64,000 nt of DNA from Octopus vulgaris (GCA_951406725.2 OX597831.1:52142001-52206000); one strand, 5' to 3'. Shown: positions 38,770 to 51,508, counted from the stretch's first letter. The notes: generated by a model from the sequence alone, not told the origin. A program made the numbers and translations.

Positions 38770-40045
38770 TAAATATAATATGTGACAATTATTCGGTAGC
38801 CATGATAAAACTCTGAGTTTCTGATGTCGGGGCGGAAACCCACGCCACCATTTCTTCAGTTATCCGGCCATCGAAAAAATACTATGAAAATGACCGTTAA
38901 ACAAGGGGAAATTACTATGTCATTGACTGTTATTAAGACAAAAGAGCTATTAGAATGACCGCTAAGTGAGGGGTGGGGGTAAAGGTAAGGGAGTAAAAAT
39001 GTTCATAGTATTCGTGCAAGCGCGCATGTCCATACCTACACATGTGTGCCCGCACACCCACGTACATGCACCTATAAGTATATACTCACCAACCCTCACT
39101 TGAAACGCACACATGCTCACCCACATATTCACCAAAAAATATATACATACCTGCATACATGCTCGCACACATGTGCATGCGCACAAAAAAGGTTCATGCA
39201 CATGCACAAGAAAAAACAGGGCTAAAGGCAAAATACAGAAAAAATGTGTAAAGAAGTATAAAAGAATAAGCAATAAGAGTAAAACACGTCTATATACGCA
39301 CATATCCTCACACACGCACACATTTACACGTGCACACAAAAGATTCCATATTCACGTCTATATACGCACAGGGAAATTGCAGGGTGGACAGTAGAATACA
39401 GAAAAAAATATGTGTAAAAAGTATATGAGCAATAAACCTATAAAACAATATCTCTATAAATATGTAAAAAAATATATATATAAAAGAATATATAAATATA
39501 TATAAAAAATATATAAGAAATATAAGTAAAAAGTATATAGAGATAAAAAGCTTGTACATGGACACGATATAGAAAGCAAGTCCTATCTGTAATCTCGGGG
39601 GGACCAAAAATGTAACGAATATTTGGTGACACATGGACATGACCCGAAAAGTTCAGTTCTTGAATTCAGACATGTAGCGGGGTCTAAGCTGCTTTTCCAG
39701 ATGAGCCATCTTTCAATATCACAAAGACTGCACTTTCCACTGCCATTGGTGTAGGGCTTACACCAGTGGATGTTGTAACTGACTTCCAGTGGATGTTGTA
39801 ACTGACACCTTTATCTTTTAAGGACCATATATGACTGGATAATTTGGTCATTTTCCTTTTATCCCAGTGCCTGAAGCTCAAGGTGTGATTATTGAATCTG
39901 GCCTTGAAATTACCTTCTGTAAGGCCCATGTATTTCTTCATCAAAACCATGTCCTTAGTGGATATCGAGTCTGCAGTGGCTTCATAAATGATAGTCTCGG
40001 ACATGCAAGCACCATTTAGTGGGCACATGTCTGAGACCTTCATTT
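38770..40045 (-). mobile_element. Penelope-like element 3' fragment (GIY-YIG endonuclease, 3' region, pLTR)
   Basis: CPLNGACMSETIIYEA...KYMGLTEGNFKARFNNHTLSF...LSSHIWSLK is a GIY-YIG signature; a frameshifted end CLNSRTELFGSC follows, then a hammerhead motif. Confidence 0.85.
38804..38864 (-). ncRNA. Type-I hammerhead motif in the pLTR of the GIY-YIG element
   Basis: Minus strand: GATAA-CTGAAGA-AATG...CATC-A-GAA-ACTC(A)GAGT-T-TTATC; 5-bp helix I, GUU site, imperfect base of helix II. Confidence 0.65.
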
Positions 40046-40590
40046 GTCCATTGTATATGTATAATTCTTTTTCTGTTGCACTTGTATAACATTACGTTTG
40101 TCCAATAGTTGAAAGACCCTTTCTGTTATTTACTTATTTGTATTTGCATATGTAAAAACATTTTTTTTCCTTCTATTGCATAGCCAAAAGGCATTCTGTC
40201 ATATGTGTATATTTCTAGCTTTCTCATTTTTGTCTCTGTTCCTGCTTTCCTTCTTGTATACATTCGTTTGCCTTTCCCAGAGGTTTAATGCTTTTAGCTT
40301 AAGTCCCTGGCACCAACTTGATTTGAGTAGTATTGGAGATAAGGGGTCGAAACTACAAGGACATTCCTGACTCCAACTGATGAGCTAATCAGCTGCAAAT
40401 GATCCGTGTATCTTGTTTTTGTCCTGTTTGTCGTTTGTCATACTATCGTTTATTTTTCTGCATGTTGTGTTTTGTTGGTTTCCATTCATTATGTTCTTTC
40501 TGTTCTACCTTTAATTTATACATACATACATACATATATACATACATACATACATATATACATACATATATATGTATGTATGTATGTATA

Positions 40591-40635
<45 letters not shown>

Positions 40636-40774
40636 AAAGCAATTAAGATTCAAGTCAGTTCTAATGAATTCACGTGAATGCGGTACTTAACTTAGATGCA
40701 CCAGAAAACTATATGGTATTAACCATACAATAATGTGAAAAAAACGAGAAAAAAGCAACAAGAATGGATTAGTT

Positions 40775-40865
40775 TTTTAGTACAATTGTTTCATACAAAG
40801 ACAGGCTTTATTAAAAGCTGCAAATATTGCAGCAAATACAAGTGTCCCATACTCATCAGCTAAAA
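40775..40865 (-). ncRNA. Type-I hammerhead ribozyme motif in a PLE-like stub (~40633-40976) between (TA)n tracts
   Basis: Minus strand: TTTTAG-CTGATGA-GTATGGGACAC...TGTCTTTGTAT-GAA-ACAATTGT-A-CTAAAA; perfect core, 6-bp helix I, palindromic helix III, GUA site at 40781. Confidence 0.75.
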
Positions 40866-40972
40866 CACATATGAGTTCTCCAAACATCTTAGTGGGTGAG
40901 GCTACACTCATGAAGTATCAGAGATAATTTTATAAAAAGCAAATTCAGGTTATAAGCGGACTTCCAAAGTTC

Positions 40973-41014
<42 letters not shown>

Positions 41015-41451
41015 ACGAATAAAGGAGTGTGGTAGTGATGAGCTTGTGGAATCAATGTTGTGAGTAGAAGTATAGGATTGTTATGGAGCAACCCTTTTGA
41101 CGTTGTTGTCGTTTAGCCCAAGGTAAACTTAAAATCTAGGAGACCTATGATCAAACTCATTTCAGACGTAACTCTTAAGGGCTTTTTTTTATTTCTAACA
41201 TAGCATAAGACAAGGACTGCTATTGGGAGGTGGTTGCAGATTTACCATTGTGTCAAGGATTCTTTCTCATTCAAGTTGCAAAGAAGCTGGATATTGTCAT
41301 GTGGTGTGAAGGAAAGAAAGCAGTAAATCTAGTCAAAATACATAATTTGCTAATATTTTCATAGATAATACATAATACTTTTTACTAACATGTTTATTAC
41401 TTAACAAGAAAACTTTGATTATATTTAATTCATGCTCTCTCAACATTTCAG

Positions 41452-42380
41452 CTTGTGAGCTTGTCACTCCTTACAAAGCTGTTAGACATGGGTAAAATAC
41501 TTCTACGCCGGCCACGTCTCTCAACTCGGATGCCTTTAATAATTTTTAAGAAGAAAGAAGCTATAGAAACCAATGAGAAAGAACAGCCCATCTCCACTGA
41601 GAAAAGCAGCAAACAGCTTAACCTCTGCAGTTCTGAAAGTGAAGCTGATGATAAAAGGCAAAACCAACATTCAATCAAACAGCTTTCCCTTCCTTCTGAT
41701 AGTGATTGGGATGATAAAATACAAAACCAACTAGTACGCAGACCGCACCCATCACTTGCTTCTGGTAGCGAAACTGGTGATGAAGTCCAACAATACCAAC
41801 GAGTGGCCATAAAACAAGCCAAATTACAGCTAGAGGATGATTCTTTTGGTAACAACAGGAAAGAGTTGGGAGACTGTTCCAGCAGTGACGTTAGCTATTA
41901 TAAACAGCCTCTCCCTCAATGTTCTCGTAAATTATCATCAAGAAAATCTACACTAGCAAAATTACACGAAGAAGAAAGTGAAATATTTGAAACTGTTGTT
42001 CCTGGTGTGAAGGAACTTATTATACAAACATCAAAAATGTCACATGTACCAGTTGAAAGAGCGCAATCTATTGTCTATTCTAGAAAAACTTATACAGAAA
42101 TTACCAAGCTTCTAGCTGCGAAATTCATGGCCAAATCTATTTATCGAGATAAACTTAAAATTATTCGAATCCCAACAGAAGATCTTGGTGAATATCGCAG
42201 ACGTGTACCACAGAGACAGCTGATTATTGAAATAGCGGCAGTTCTTAAAGAGTACATTAAAGAAACTATGAATATAAATGTTCAGACTGTTATTCAATCG
42301 GTGCCTAAATACCAGTTTAGTTCAAAGGGCAAATCAGCAACTGAAATTGTCCTTTATCGTCAGCCTGAAACTGAAGTAAA
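41452..42380 (+). CDS. Large coding exon of an unidentified (orphan-like) protein
   Basis: Only long non-repetitive ORF in the window. TTTCAG acceptor ends at 41451, GACATGG start context at 41488, AAA|GTATGT donor at 42381. ~297 aa with an S/E/K/Q-rich N-half and an ordered-looking C-half; no domain recognised. Confidence 0.65.
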
Positions 42381-43269
42381 GTATGTAGGTCCATTTCTTT
42401 TCTTTTCTTTTTCTTTCTTTTTTTTTGTACTAGAGAATCCACAGGTGGTGTGTTATAACTTCTATGATGCAACTACACAATCTGTTGCCATGATAATTTA
42501 GCCGAACAAAAATGCGATCAAAGTCTTTCCGGCCAATGACATTCAGTCTATTTGTTTAGTTAGGTCTACATTGTTTCATGTGTCCCTCTTTTTTTTTTAA
42601 AGATGGTTAAGTGTGATTTGAGAGTGCTTTGGTTGCTGTTTCTTTGAGTGGGCTATAAAGATTCTACTTGGGGTCTGTAAGTTGTGTTGTTAAAAGCTTG
42701 CTTCCCAGTAACGTGGTCTTGAGTTGGCACTTTGGATAAGTGTTTTCTATTATAGATCTGGGCCAACCTATGGCTTGTGAGGGGATTTGGTAGATGGAAA
42801 CTGAAACAAGCCTGTCATATGTGTGTGTGTATATATATATATTTAGTTGTGTCTAGGGAGAGATACAAAAAGGATATATATATATATATGGAGAGAGATT
42901 TAGAAATATTGCATCATTATTTATTTATATATATAATGATAGTAGATTTAGAAATAATAATGTTTCTATTTAGTAGATCAATGAACGTGTGTCACTTTGA
43001 AAATTATAAATTTTCAAATGGGAATCCAGCAGTGCCATCTGGTCAAGCAGCTACTCTGTGCTCATAAAGGGCAATAACCCAGAAATCGGTCCACAGATGT
43101 TGCATTGTGCTGGATGGGGGTGCTGAGCTCCTCTGTTTAAAAATATAAGGACACAGATATTGTGTCATATAGCGAGCTGGAAACGTTGTTTCCTGGGGCT
43201 AAACAACAGTAATATTCATCCCGTCCAGGACTGTCACATTATGTTGGCAAATAGTCTTTAATTATATAT

Positions 43270-43329
<60 letters not shown>

Positions 43330-43638
43330 TAAGGGTAGAAATTGATATTAATCAATTAAAACCATTGGCCCAGCATATTTTTTAAAAAATTCGAATATTA
43401 AAAATTTTTGTATATATATATATTTTTGTGTATATATATATATATATATATGTGTCGGTGGCACATAAAATCACCCACTACACTCTCGGAGTGGTTGGCG
43501 TTAGGAAGGGCATCCAGCTGTAGAAACACTGCCAGATCTGACTGGCCTGGTGCAGCCTTCGGGCTCCCCAGACCCCAGTTGAACCGTCCAACCCATGCTA
43601 GCATGGAAAACGGACGCTAAAAATGATGATGATGATGA

Positions 43639-43688
<50 letters not shown>

Positions 43689-43804
43689 ATATATATATGT
43701 TAGAGGAAAAATGATAACAAAACCAAGGCAGGATGAGTGCCTCAAGTCATTTAGAATATTTAATTAGAGTATGATGAATTTGAAGCAATTAATTAATTAT
43801 TGGA

Positions 43805-43882
43805 TGTCTTACAGCTGTTTCTGGGATATCCCAAGTGATAGGTTAGCATCGCCATACATTGGGTATTCCATCATCAGAGACA
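43805..43882 (-). ncRNA. Type-I hammerhead ribozyme motif
   Basis: Minus strand: TGTCT-CTGATGA-TGGAATACCC...GGGATATCCCA-GAA-ACAGCTGT-A-AGACA; perfect core and helix I, palindromic helix III, GUA site at 43810. Confidence 0.8.
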
Positions 43883-43929
43883 AGGTGAGTATGTAGGTAA
43901 ATTCTAGACAGAGAATTCAAAGTATATAA

Positions 43930-44440
43930 AAGAATAAAATAGTAGATAGAAGAATAAAGAGTAAGACAGTAGATTGAAGAATAAAGAGTAAGACAGTAGA
44001 TTGAAGAATAAAGAGTAAGACAGTAGATTGAAGAATAAAGAGTAAGACAGTAGATTGAAGAATAAAGAGTAAGACAGTAGATTGAAGAATAAAGAGTAAA
44101 ACAGTAGATTGAAGAATAAAGAGTAAGACAGTAGATTGAAGAATAAAGAGTAAAACAGTAGATTGAAGAATAAAGAGTAAGACAGTAGATTGAAGAATAA
44201 AGAGTAAGACAGTAGATTGAAGAATAAAGAGTAAGACAGTAGATTGAAGAATAAAGAGTAAGACAGTAGATTGAAGAATAATGAGTAAGACAGTAGATTG
44301 AAGAATAAAGAGTAAGACAGTAGATTGAAGAATAAAGAGTAAGACAGTAGATTGAAGAATAAAGAGTAAAACAGTAGATTGAAGAATAAAGAGTAAGACA
44401 GTAGATTGAAGAATAAAAAGTAAAACAGTAGATTGAAGAC
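43930..44440. repeat. 27-bp tandem array, ~18-19 near-identical copies
   Basis: Unit AGTAGATTGAAGAATAAAGAGTAAGAC; no unique spacers. Confidence 0.95.
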
Positions 44441-44769
44441 TACAAACAGGAGAATAAAATTCACAGCTCATCTTCTTGAAGAGGGTATGGAGGCTGGTTT
44501 GTACTTCCATAAAGGTATAGGTCCTTAAGTATAATTCCAGGTAAATCCAGGCAGTATTTTGGTAGTATTTTGAATACTGCATTCATATTGAAGGAATAGA
44601 TTAAGTGGTTGGCTAACATGAAAATGGTCCATGTGGAAGAAGATGAGCTGTGAACTTTATTCTCCTCTCTGTATTCTTCTATCTACTGTTTTGACTCTTT
44701 ATTCTTCTATCTACTATTTTATTCCTTTAAACATTGTGGATTCTCTAGAACTTTCCTACCTACTCACCT

Positions 44770-44847
44770 TGTCTCTGATGACGGAATACCCTGTGTATAG
44801 AGATGCTAACCTATCACTTGGGATATCCCAGAAACAGCTGTAGGACA
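44770..44847 (+). ncRNA. Type-I hammerhead ribozyme motif (inverted twin of 43805-43882)
   Basis: TGTCT-CTGATGA-CGGAATACCC...GGGATATCCCA-GAA-ACAGCTGT-A-GGACA; C.A mismatch at the base of helix II. Confidence 0.7.
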
Positions 44848-45336
44848 TCCAATAATTAATTAATTGATTAATTGACTAACTAATTTACTAATTAATTAAT
44901 TCAAATTCACCTTACTCTACTTAAATATTCTAAATTACCTGAGATGCATGTCCTGCTTTGGTTTTGTCATCCTTTTTCCTCTAATTTGGAAGTCTACTAT
45001 GGCTCCTTAGCTCCAGCCTCAACTGTGAACTTGGAACCTAACAGATGACTAATTATAGCATTTACACAGTGTACTTTTACGTTTAGATTACCAATGAACT
45101 AAACCCCTCATATTCTATACATACATACATACATACATACATACATACATTTATGCATATACATATACACACACAGGCACAAACATACACACACACACAC
45201 ACACATATATATACACATATACATATCATCATCATCATCATCATGATATATATATATACATACACACATACATACATACATACATACATACATACATACA
45301 TACATACATACATACATACATACATACATACGTATA

Positions 45337-45837
45337 CTAGCAGCTAAGCCTGGTTTCACCTACTCGGTTTGGATGATGTGGCTGTAAAACCTGCTCTGTG
45401 TAGGCTTTCGACTTGTTTGGGCATGCTTATGTTAAAAAACAATTTTAGAATGACTTTTATCTGTCAAAAGCTAAAAATAACTAACCAACAAAAAATAACA
45501 ACCAAGATTCAACCAAATCAAAAAATAAACCCAAATACTAAGTGAACGAAGATGAACCATCCCACTTCCATTGCGTGCACATGCACACACACAAATACAC
45601 ACAAGCACACACACACACACACATGCACACACACATACACACACATTCACATACCCCATTTTTACATACATGCACATATATTCACACAGAGTTGAAACGC
45701 TGTTTGATTAATTTTTTTCAGCATACAATTTTCATCATCCTACGACCAAGTATGACATCACCCCTTCCTTCCTTATTCCTCTGTCACTCCTTCCTTTCTT
45801 TTCTCATTCATAAACACAGGAGTATTATTATAGTAGA
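45337..45837 (-). mobile_element. Full-length non-autonomous Helitron
   Basis: Minus strand A|TCTACTATAAT start at 45837 and CTAG|T end at 45337; second copy at 31082. Confidence 0.8.
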
Positions 45838-45978
45838 TAATCTTGGTAACCATGGGAGCTATGAAAAAAAATGCAACACCACCGGATCATTCTACACATC
45901 TGTGTAACTTTTTGTGCAATTCCGCCCAGCCGTTTGACTGTGAATCCCAAGACAAGAAAGAATTGCCCATGTCAAATT

Positions 45979-46029
<51 letters not shown>

Positions 46030-46033
<4 letters not shown>

Positions 46034-46830
46034 TCTTTTACTCTTTTACTTGTTTCAGTCATTTGACTGCAGCCATGCTGGAGCACCACCTTTAGTCGAG
46101 CAAATCGACCCCGGGACTTATTCTTTGTAAGCCCAGTACTTATTCTATCGGCCTCTTTTGCCGAACCGCTAAGTGACGGGGACAACCACAGACACACAAA
46201 CTCAAACATACATATATATATATACATATATATGACAGGCTTCTTTTCAGTTTCCGTCTACCAAATCCACTCACAAGGCATTTGTCGGCCTGGGGCTATA
46301 GCAGAAGACACTTGCCCAAGATGCCGCGCAGTGGGACTGAACCCGGAACCATGTGGTTGGTTAGCAAGCTACTTACCACACAGCCACTCCTGCGCCTATA
46401 TATATCTTGTTTTATTCTTTTACTTGTTTCAGTCATTTGACTGTGCCCATGCTGAAGCATCACTTTGAAGGGTTTTTTTAGTCAAAGAAATTGACCCCAG
46501 GACTTATTCTTTGTAAGCCAAGTACTTATTCTATCAGTTTCTTTTGCCAAACCATTAAGTTATGGGGGTGTAAACACACCAACATCGGTTGTCAAGTGAT
46601 GGTGGTGGTGGGATGGGACAAACACAGACACAGACACACACACATAAATATTTAGATATATATATAAATATATGATGGGCTTCTTTCAATTTCTGTCTAC
46701 CAAATCCACTTACAAGGCTTTGGTCGGTCAGTAGCTATAGTACAAGACACTTGCCCAAGGTGCCATACAGTGGAACTGAACCTGGAATCATGTGGTCAGG
46801 AAACAAGTTTCTTACCACACAACCATGCCT
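46030..46830 (-). mobile_element. Two tandem CORE-like SINE copies
   Basis: 46030-46395 and 46410-46830, both the reverse complement of the 53693-54123 family. Confidence 0.85.
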
Positions 46831-47048
46831 GCACCAGTAGGAGAATATATCATCATCATCATCATCATCATCATCGTGGTCGTCGTCGTTGTCATCATTG
46901 TCATCGCCATCATCATCATCATCATCATCATTTTAACATCTGTTTTCCATGCTAGTATTGGTTGGACAGTTGTATCTGAGCTGTCAAGGCCAGGGGCTGC
47001 ATTAGGCTTCATTTTCTATGACAGGATGCCCTTACTAATATCACACAT

Positions 47049-47221
<173 letters not shown>

Positions 47222-48075
47222 TTATGCCTCTGCATGTGTATTTGTGTGTGTTTATGTGTACCCTTGTTTTGACATCACACGATGATTGTAAATGAGCATT
47301 ACCATCATACAAGCTTGGCTGTTCATTTCCTGTTTTCCATGAAAAGAAAGCACGTCTAGCCATGGGGAAATATTACCTTACTTGGAAACAGGTTAGGGTT
47401 GTGTCAAGAAGGGCATCCAGCTGTTGAAAATCTGCCTTAACAGATTCTAACTCATGCAAGCATAGAAAAATGGATGTTAAACAATGTTGATGTATAATTA
47501 CTCAGTTACATATATCCTTCAGGTGATTGATACAACTGAGAAAATAAGTTTGTAGTTATTTAATAAAATTAATTTATCGAGTGAACAAACCTTTCAAAAA
47601 CCTGAGGTTCACGGCAAAATTCATTTGTCATATTTGATGGCACAAAAGACACATGGGTATTTTAGATGCACTCCAATTTCAGCAGAGAATATTCAGGATA
47701 AAAAACAAAGTTGGTAGTGCATTAAAGCATATAATGTCTAAAACAAATCTAGCAGTACATTACAAAATATTGCAAAAGCACCTTGGTTATAGTGGAAAAC
47801 ACTTAATCTCTTATTTTTAATCTTTTACTTGTTTCAGTCATTTGATTGTGGCCATGCTGGTGCATCGCCTTTAAGGGTTTTAGTCAAACAAATTGATATT
47901 AAGACTTATTTTTTTAAGCCTAGTACTTATTTTATCAGTGTCTTTTGCTGAACTGCTAAGTTACAGGGATATAAACATATTAATACCAGTTGTCAAGCAG
48001 TGGTGGGGGACAAGCACAGACACAAAGACACACACACACATGTATATGTATGTATATATACATATATACATATAA

Positions 48076-48142
<67 letters not shown>

Positions 48143-48422
48143 ATAAGTGTAGATCATATACGAGTGAGTATATATTTGTAAAAAAGAAGTTTGAAAACGC
48201 CACTATATTAGATAAATTTTAATTTTCTTAGAAATTTTACATGTTTTGGTTCTTGAAAAAACGAACCTTATCAAAAATATTTTAAAAAGTTAAGTGTAAT
48301 AGAAAAGTTCATAATTGTTTCTTACTGGTCTCAACAGAATCCATGTGGTGGTGTTTTGTCGGTAGTAGGTATAATAGCTGTAAATTTCAAGTTCATAATT
48401 GTTTCTTAATGGTCTCAACAGG

Positions 48423-48457
<35 letters not shown>

Positions 48458-50484
48458 TGTTATAGACTCTCCTGTCATTAGACAATGTATGATGGGTTCA
48501 GCAATTTCTTGCTGAACAACCACAGATGATTTGTTTATAGTGATCAAATGTTTGTGTACACAAGAGCTCACTCCCTCCATCAAATCGATGTTACCTATAC
48601 AGGTGAACTGTGTGTCACATACCAGATGATGAAATGATGGCAGAACAGCGTGAACACAATGCAACACCCAGTCCTGGAAGTCGAACCCATGATCTCGCAA
48701 TATATATATATATATGATATCACAATATATATATATATAATGTGCCGGTGGCACGTAAAAAGCACCCACTACACTCACGGAGTGGTTGGCATTAGGAAGG
48801 GCATCCAGCTGTAGAAATGCTGCCAGGTCAGACTGGGCCTGGTGCAGCCTTCTGGCTTCCCAGACCCCACTTGAACCGTCCAACCCATGCTAGCATGGAA
48901 AGCGGATGTTAAACGATGATGATGATGATGAAAGGGATTCTCTGAGTTTCTGTCTCCCAAATCCACTCACAACTTTGCATAGATGACATTGGGTGACTTT
49001 TGAGACAAATGTTTGGAAACAAAGAACATCTTACATACCGTCAAAATAAATATGTCAATCAAAAGAGGTCACTAGAGGTAGAAAGTTATGTACCGTTGAC
49101 TCAAAGGCTACTTTATTGACACAGAACTGCATATACTATTTGTAGCAGTGATGGTGATTAGTTAATTTGCTGTCCTTATTTATCTACTACAGAACTTACA
49201 AAGTGTACTCAAATATATTGCACACATATAAATAAAAGTCGAATTTCTCAGTGGACAGAAAAAGACAGATTGTCCTGAATGGTTTTGTGCCCGATTGGAA
49301 TTCTCTTCAGAGATTACATCTGTCCACAGCAAAAAATTGGATGTAACTCTTTTTGTATTCATTATGAAACAAAAAAAGGACTTTAATAAATGACTAATAA
49401 ATTGTTTGAGTTTCCAATTGACTGTGTTTGAGCATCTTTTCGTGGAAAAGGCATAACCCACTTGTCAAGTGATATGTCTGGTGCCATCAGTAGCTATGGT
49501 TGATGTGCCATGAAGATGTGCAGACACTTGCTGAGATTATGTCTAATAGCAGAGATTCTTTGAACAGCCAGTGGACGTTATTACATTTATGAGGCATGTT
49601 TTTCCACTGGTTGTCTCTTTAATGGATCTGCAGTTGTGGGGCATGCAAAGATCAAGACTGGGATCCTGGTGTCTGAAATTTGTCTGATACTTACTGCATT
49701 TTATTAGTTGAGCAATTTGATAGGACTTCTATGTTAACTTTCTACCGAGAACTAGTGCTATGGAAGTGTTATGATATTCTTTAGGTAACTGTTTGCATTG
49801 ATGAAAATCAATTTGGGTATTGCAGACTTGTGGATTTTTTTTTCTAGAACAATTGGATTTATCGTGGTTTACTTTATAGCAAGAGAAATTTTTCTGTTTC
49901 ATTTTGTTAACAAAGGATTTTGGAACATTTGTGTGTCTGCTGCTTTTAAACTAGGACATCCATCACTTCTCTCAACTGAGTGCAGAATAGGCACTTGCTT
50001 CATCCCTCTGCTTTCTCAGTTACCTTTCTCTACCCCACCCCCAAACACTTCTATTTCCCATTGTCTTCCCCTGCCTACTGTCTCCACCAATCATCTCCTT
50101 TCTGTACCTTCTCTCCTTAGTGCTGTTCTTCATCCTTTACACCTCGTTTATCTGCTATCACCCTCAATGCCCTAACATATCTATCCCCACTGAGCTGCTT
50201 CTATATTTCTCGCTACCATTTGCTACAGTCATCTCTATCCTTTCCGTTCACCCAGTCCAAACCTCTGTCACCTCACTTCTTCTAACCCCATCCCTATAAT
50301 GACCTTCGAGGACATGTCCCAACACATCTTCACCACCATCTCTCTTACTGTTGTTCTCTTTATCTTACTCTCTTACTTCACCTGCTCTCTTTATTTTACT
50401 CTCTAATTCACTCTTGTTTCTTTTCCAACTAGGATATCCATGTATCTACTCTACAGCAAGATACCTATTTCTGCTCACCTATAC

Positions 50485-50794
50485 TGGGGGTTCTCAACCG
50501 GGGTCCATATAAGATTTTTGGGGGTCAACAGATGCAAAATAGTAAATTGGGGACCCATGGTTATTTTTCATGAGCCACAAAAAAATTGTGCTTCAGACCA
50601 GTAAAGTTTATGAAAATATAATGGTTATACATCCACAACACACAAAATATTTTAACAACTTTTATACAGCTCTTAATAATATTTGACTATAAAAATACAA
50701 TAGGACTTTTCAAACATCGAATGGCTATGGAGGTCCATTCAAGTAAAATGGGAATCAAAGGGGCCCATAAGAAAAAAATGGTTGAGAACCACTG
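50485..50794. mobile_element. hAT (Charlie-like) MITE
   Basis: TIR GGTTCTCAACC / GGTTGAGAACCACTG; perfect 8-bp TSD ACCTATAC at 50477-50484 and 50795-50802. Confidence 0.9.
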
Positions 50795-51379
50795 ACCTAT
50801 ACCTTTAATCTTTCAACTGTCACAAAGCTCCCCTTCCACCAATGCTATTCCCTACTCCCAGTTGAAAAGTTTTTGTCTTGCAAAGTATTTGGTGATCCTC
50901 TCAGTGACGGTGCCGCAGCCATGTGAAAAAAAGCATCCAGAACACTCTGTAAACTGGTTGGCATTAGGAAGAGCATTCAGCAATAGAAACCATGTCAAAA
51001 CAGACAATGGAGTCTTGTGTGGTTCCTGGCATTGCCAGCTCCTGTCAAGCTGTCCAACCCATGTCAGCATGTGAAATGGACTTTAAATGATCATGTTGAT
51101 GAAGATAATGATGATGGTATCATCTGTATTTATTTGTATTTTTCAAGTTTTTCAATGTAGTAATGCACGGTATTACATTTCTGCTACCTTTTGTTATATA
51201 TATTTACGTATGTATGTATGTATGTATGTATGTATGTATGTATGTATGTATGTATGTATGTATGTATGTATGTATGTATGTATGTATATATGTGTGTATG
51301 TGCGTATGTGCATATGTGCGTATGTGCATATGTGCATACGTACGTACATCCTGATAGATCCTGTAACATTCTGTACTGA

Positions 51380-51437
<58 letters not shown>

Positions 51438-51508
51438 CTTCTTCTTCTTCTTCTTCTTCTTCTTCTTCTTCTTTATCTTCTTCTTCTTTTTTTTTATTAT
51501 TATTGTTA

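Larger units (their letters stand above)
43700..45115. mobile_element. 1.4-kb Penelope-type foldback element with two antiparallel hammerheads
   Basis: Left arm ~43700-44476 is the inverse of right arm ~44638-44985; unique spacer between, unique tail to 45115, TA-rich microsatellite flanks. Confidence 0.75.

Noticed and set aside
42381-42501. Extension of the 348-aa ORF to the stop at 42501
   Set aside because: After the GTATGT donor the frame runs through a T-rich tract (FLFFSFSFFFF), typical of intron read-through.
43904-44582. 186-aa and 221-aa ORFs with 9-aa repeats; CRISPR-like regularity
   Set aside because: These are translations of a pure 27-bp tandem repeat. There are no unique spacers or cas genes and the context is eukaryotic.
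49000-49960. Unique-looking segment with a possible decayed retroelement motif (minus-strand TIATDG)
   Set aside because: Too many stops and no second motif; cannot be assigned without a search.
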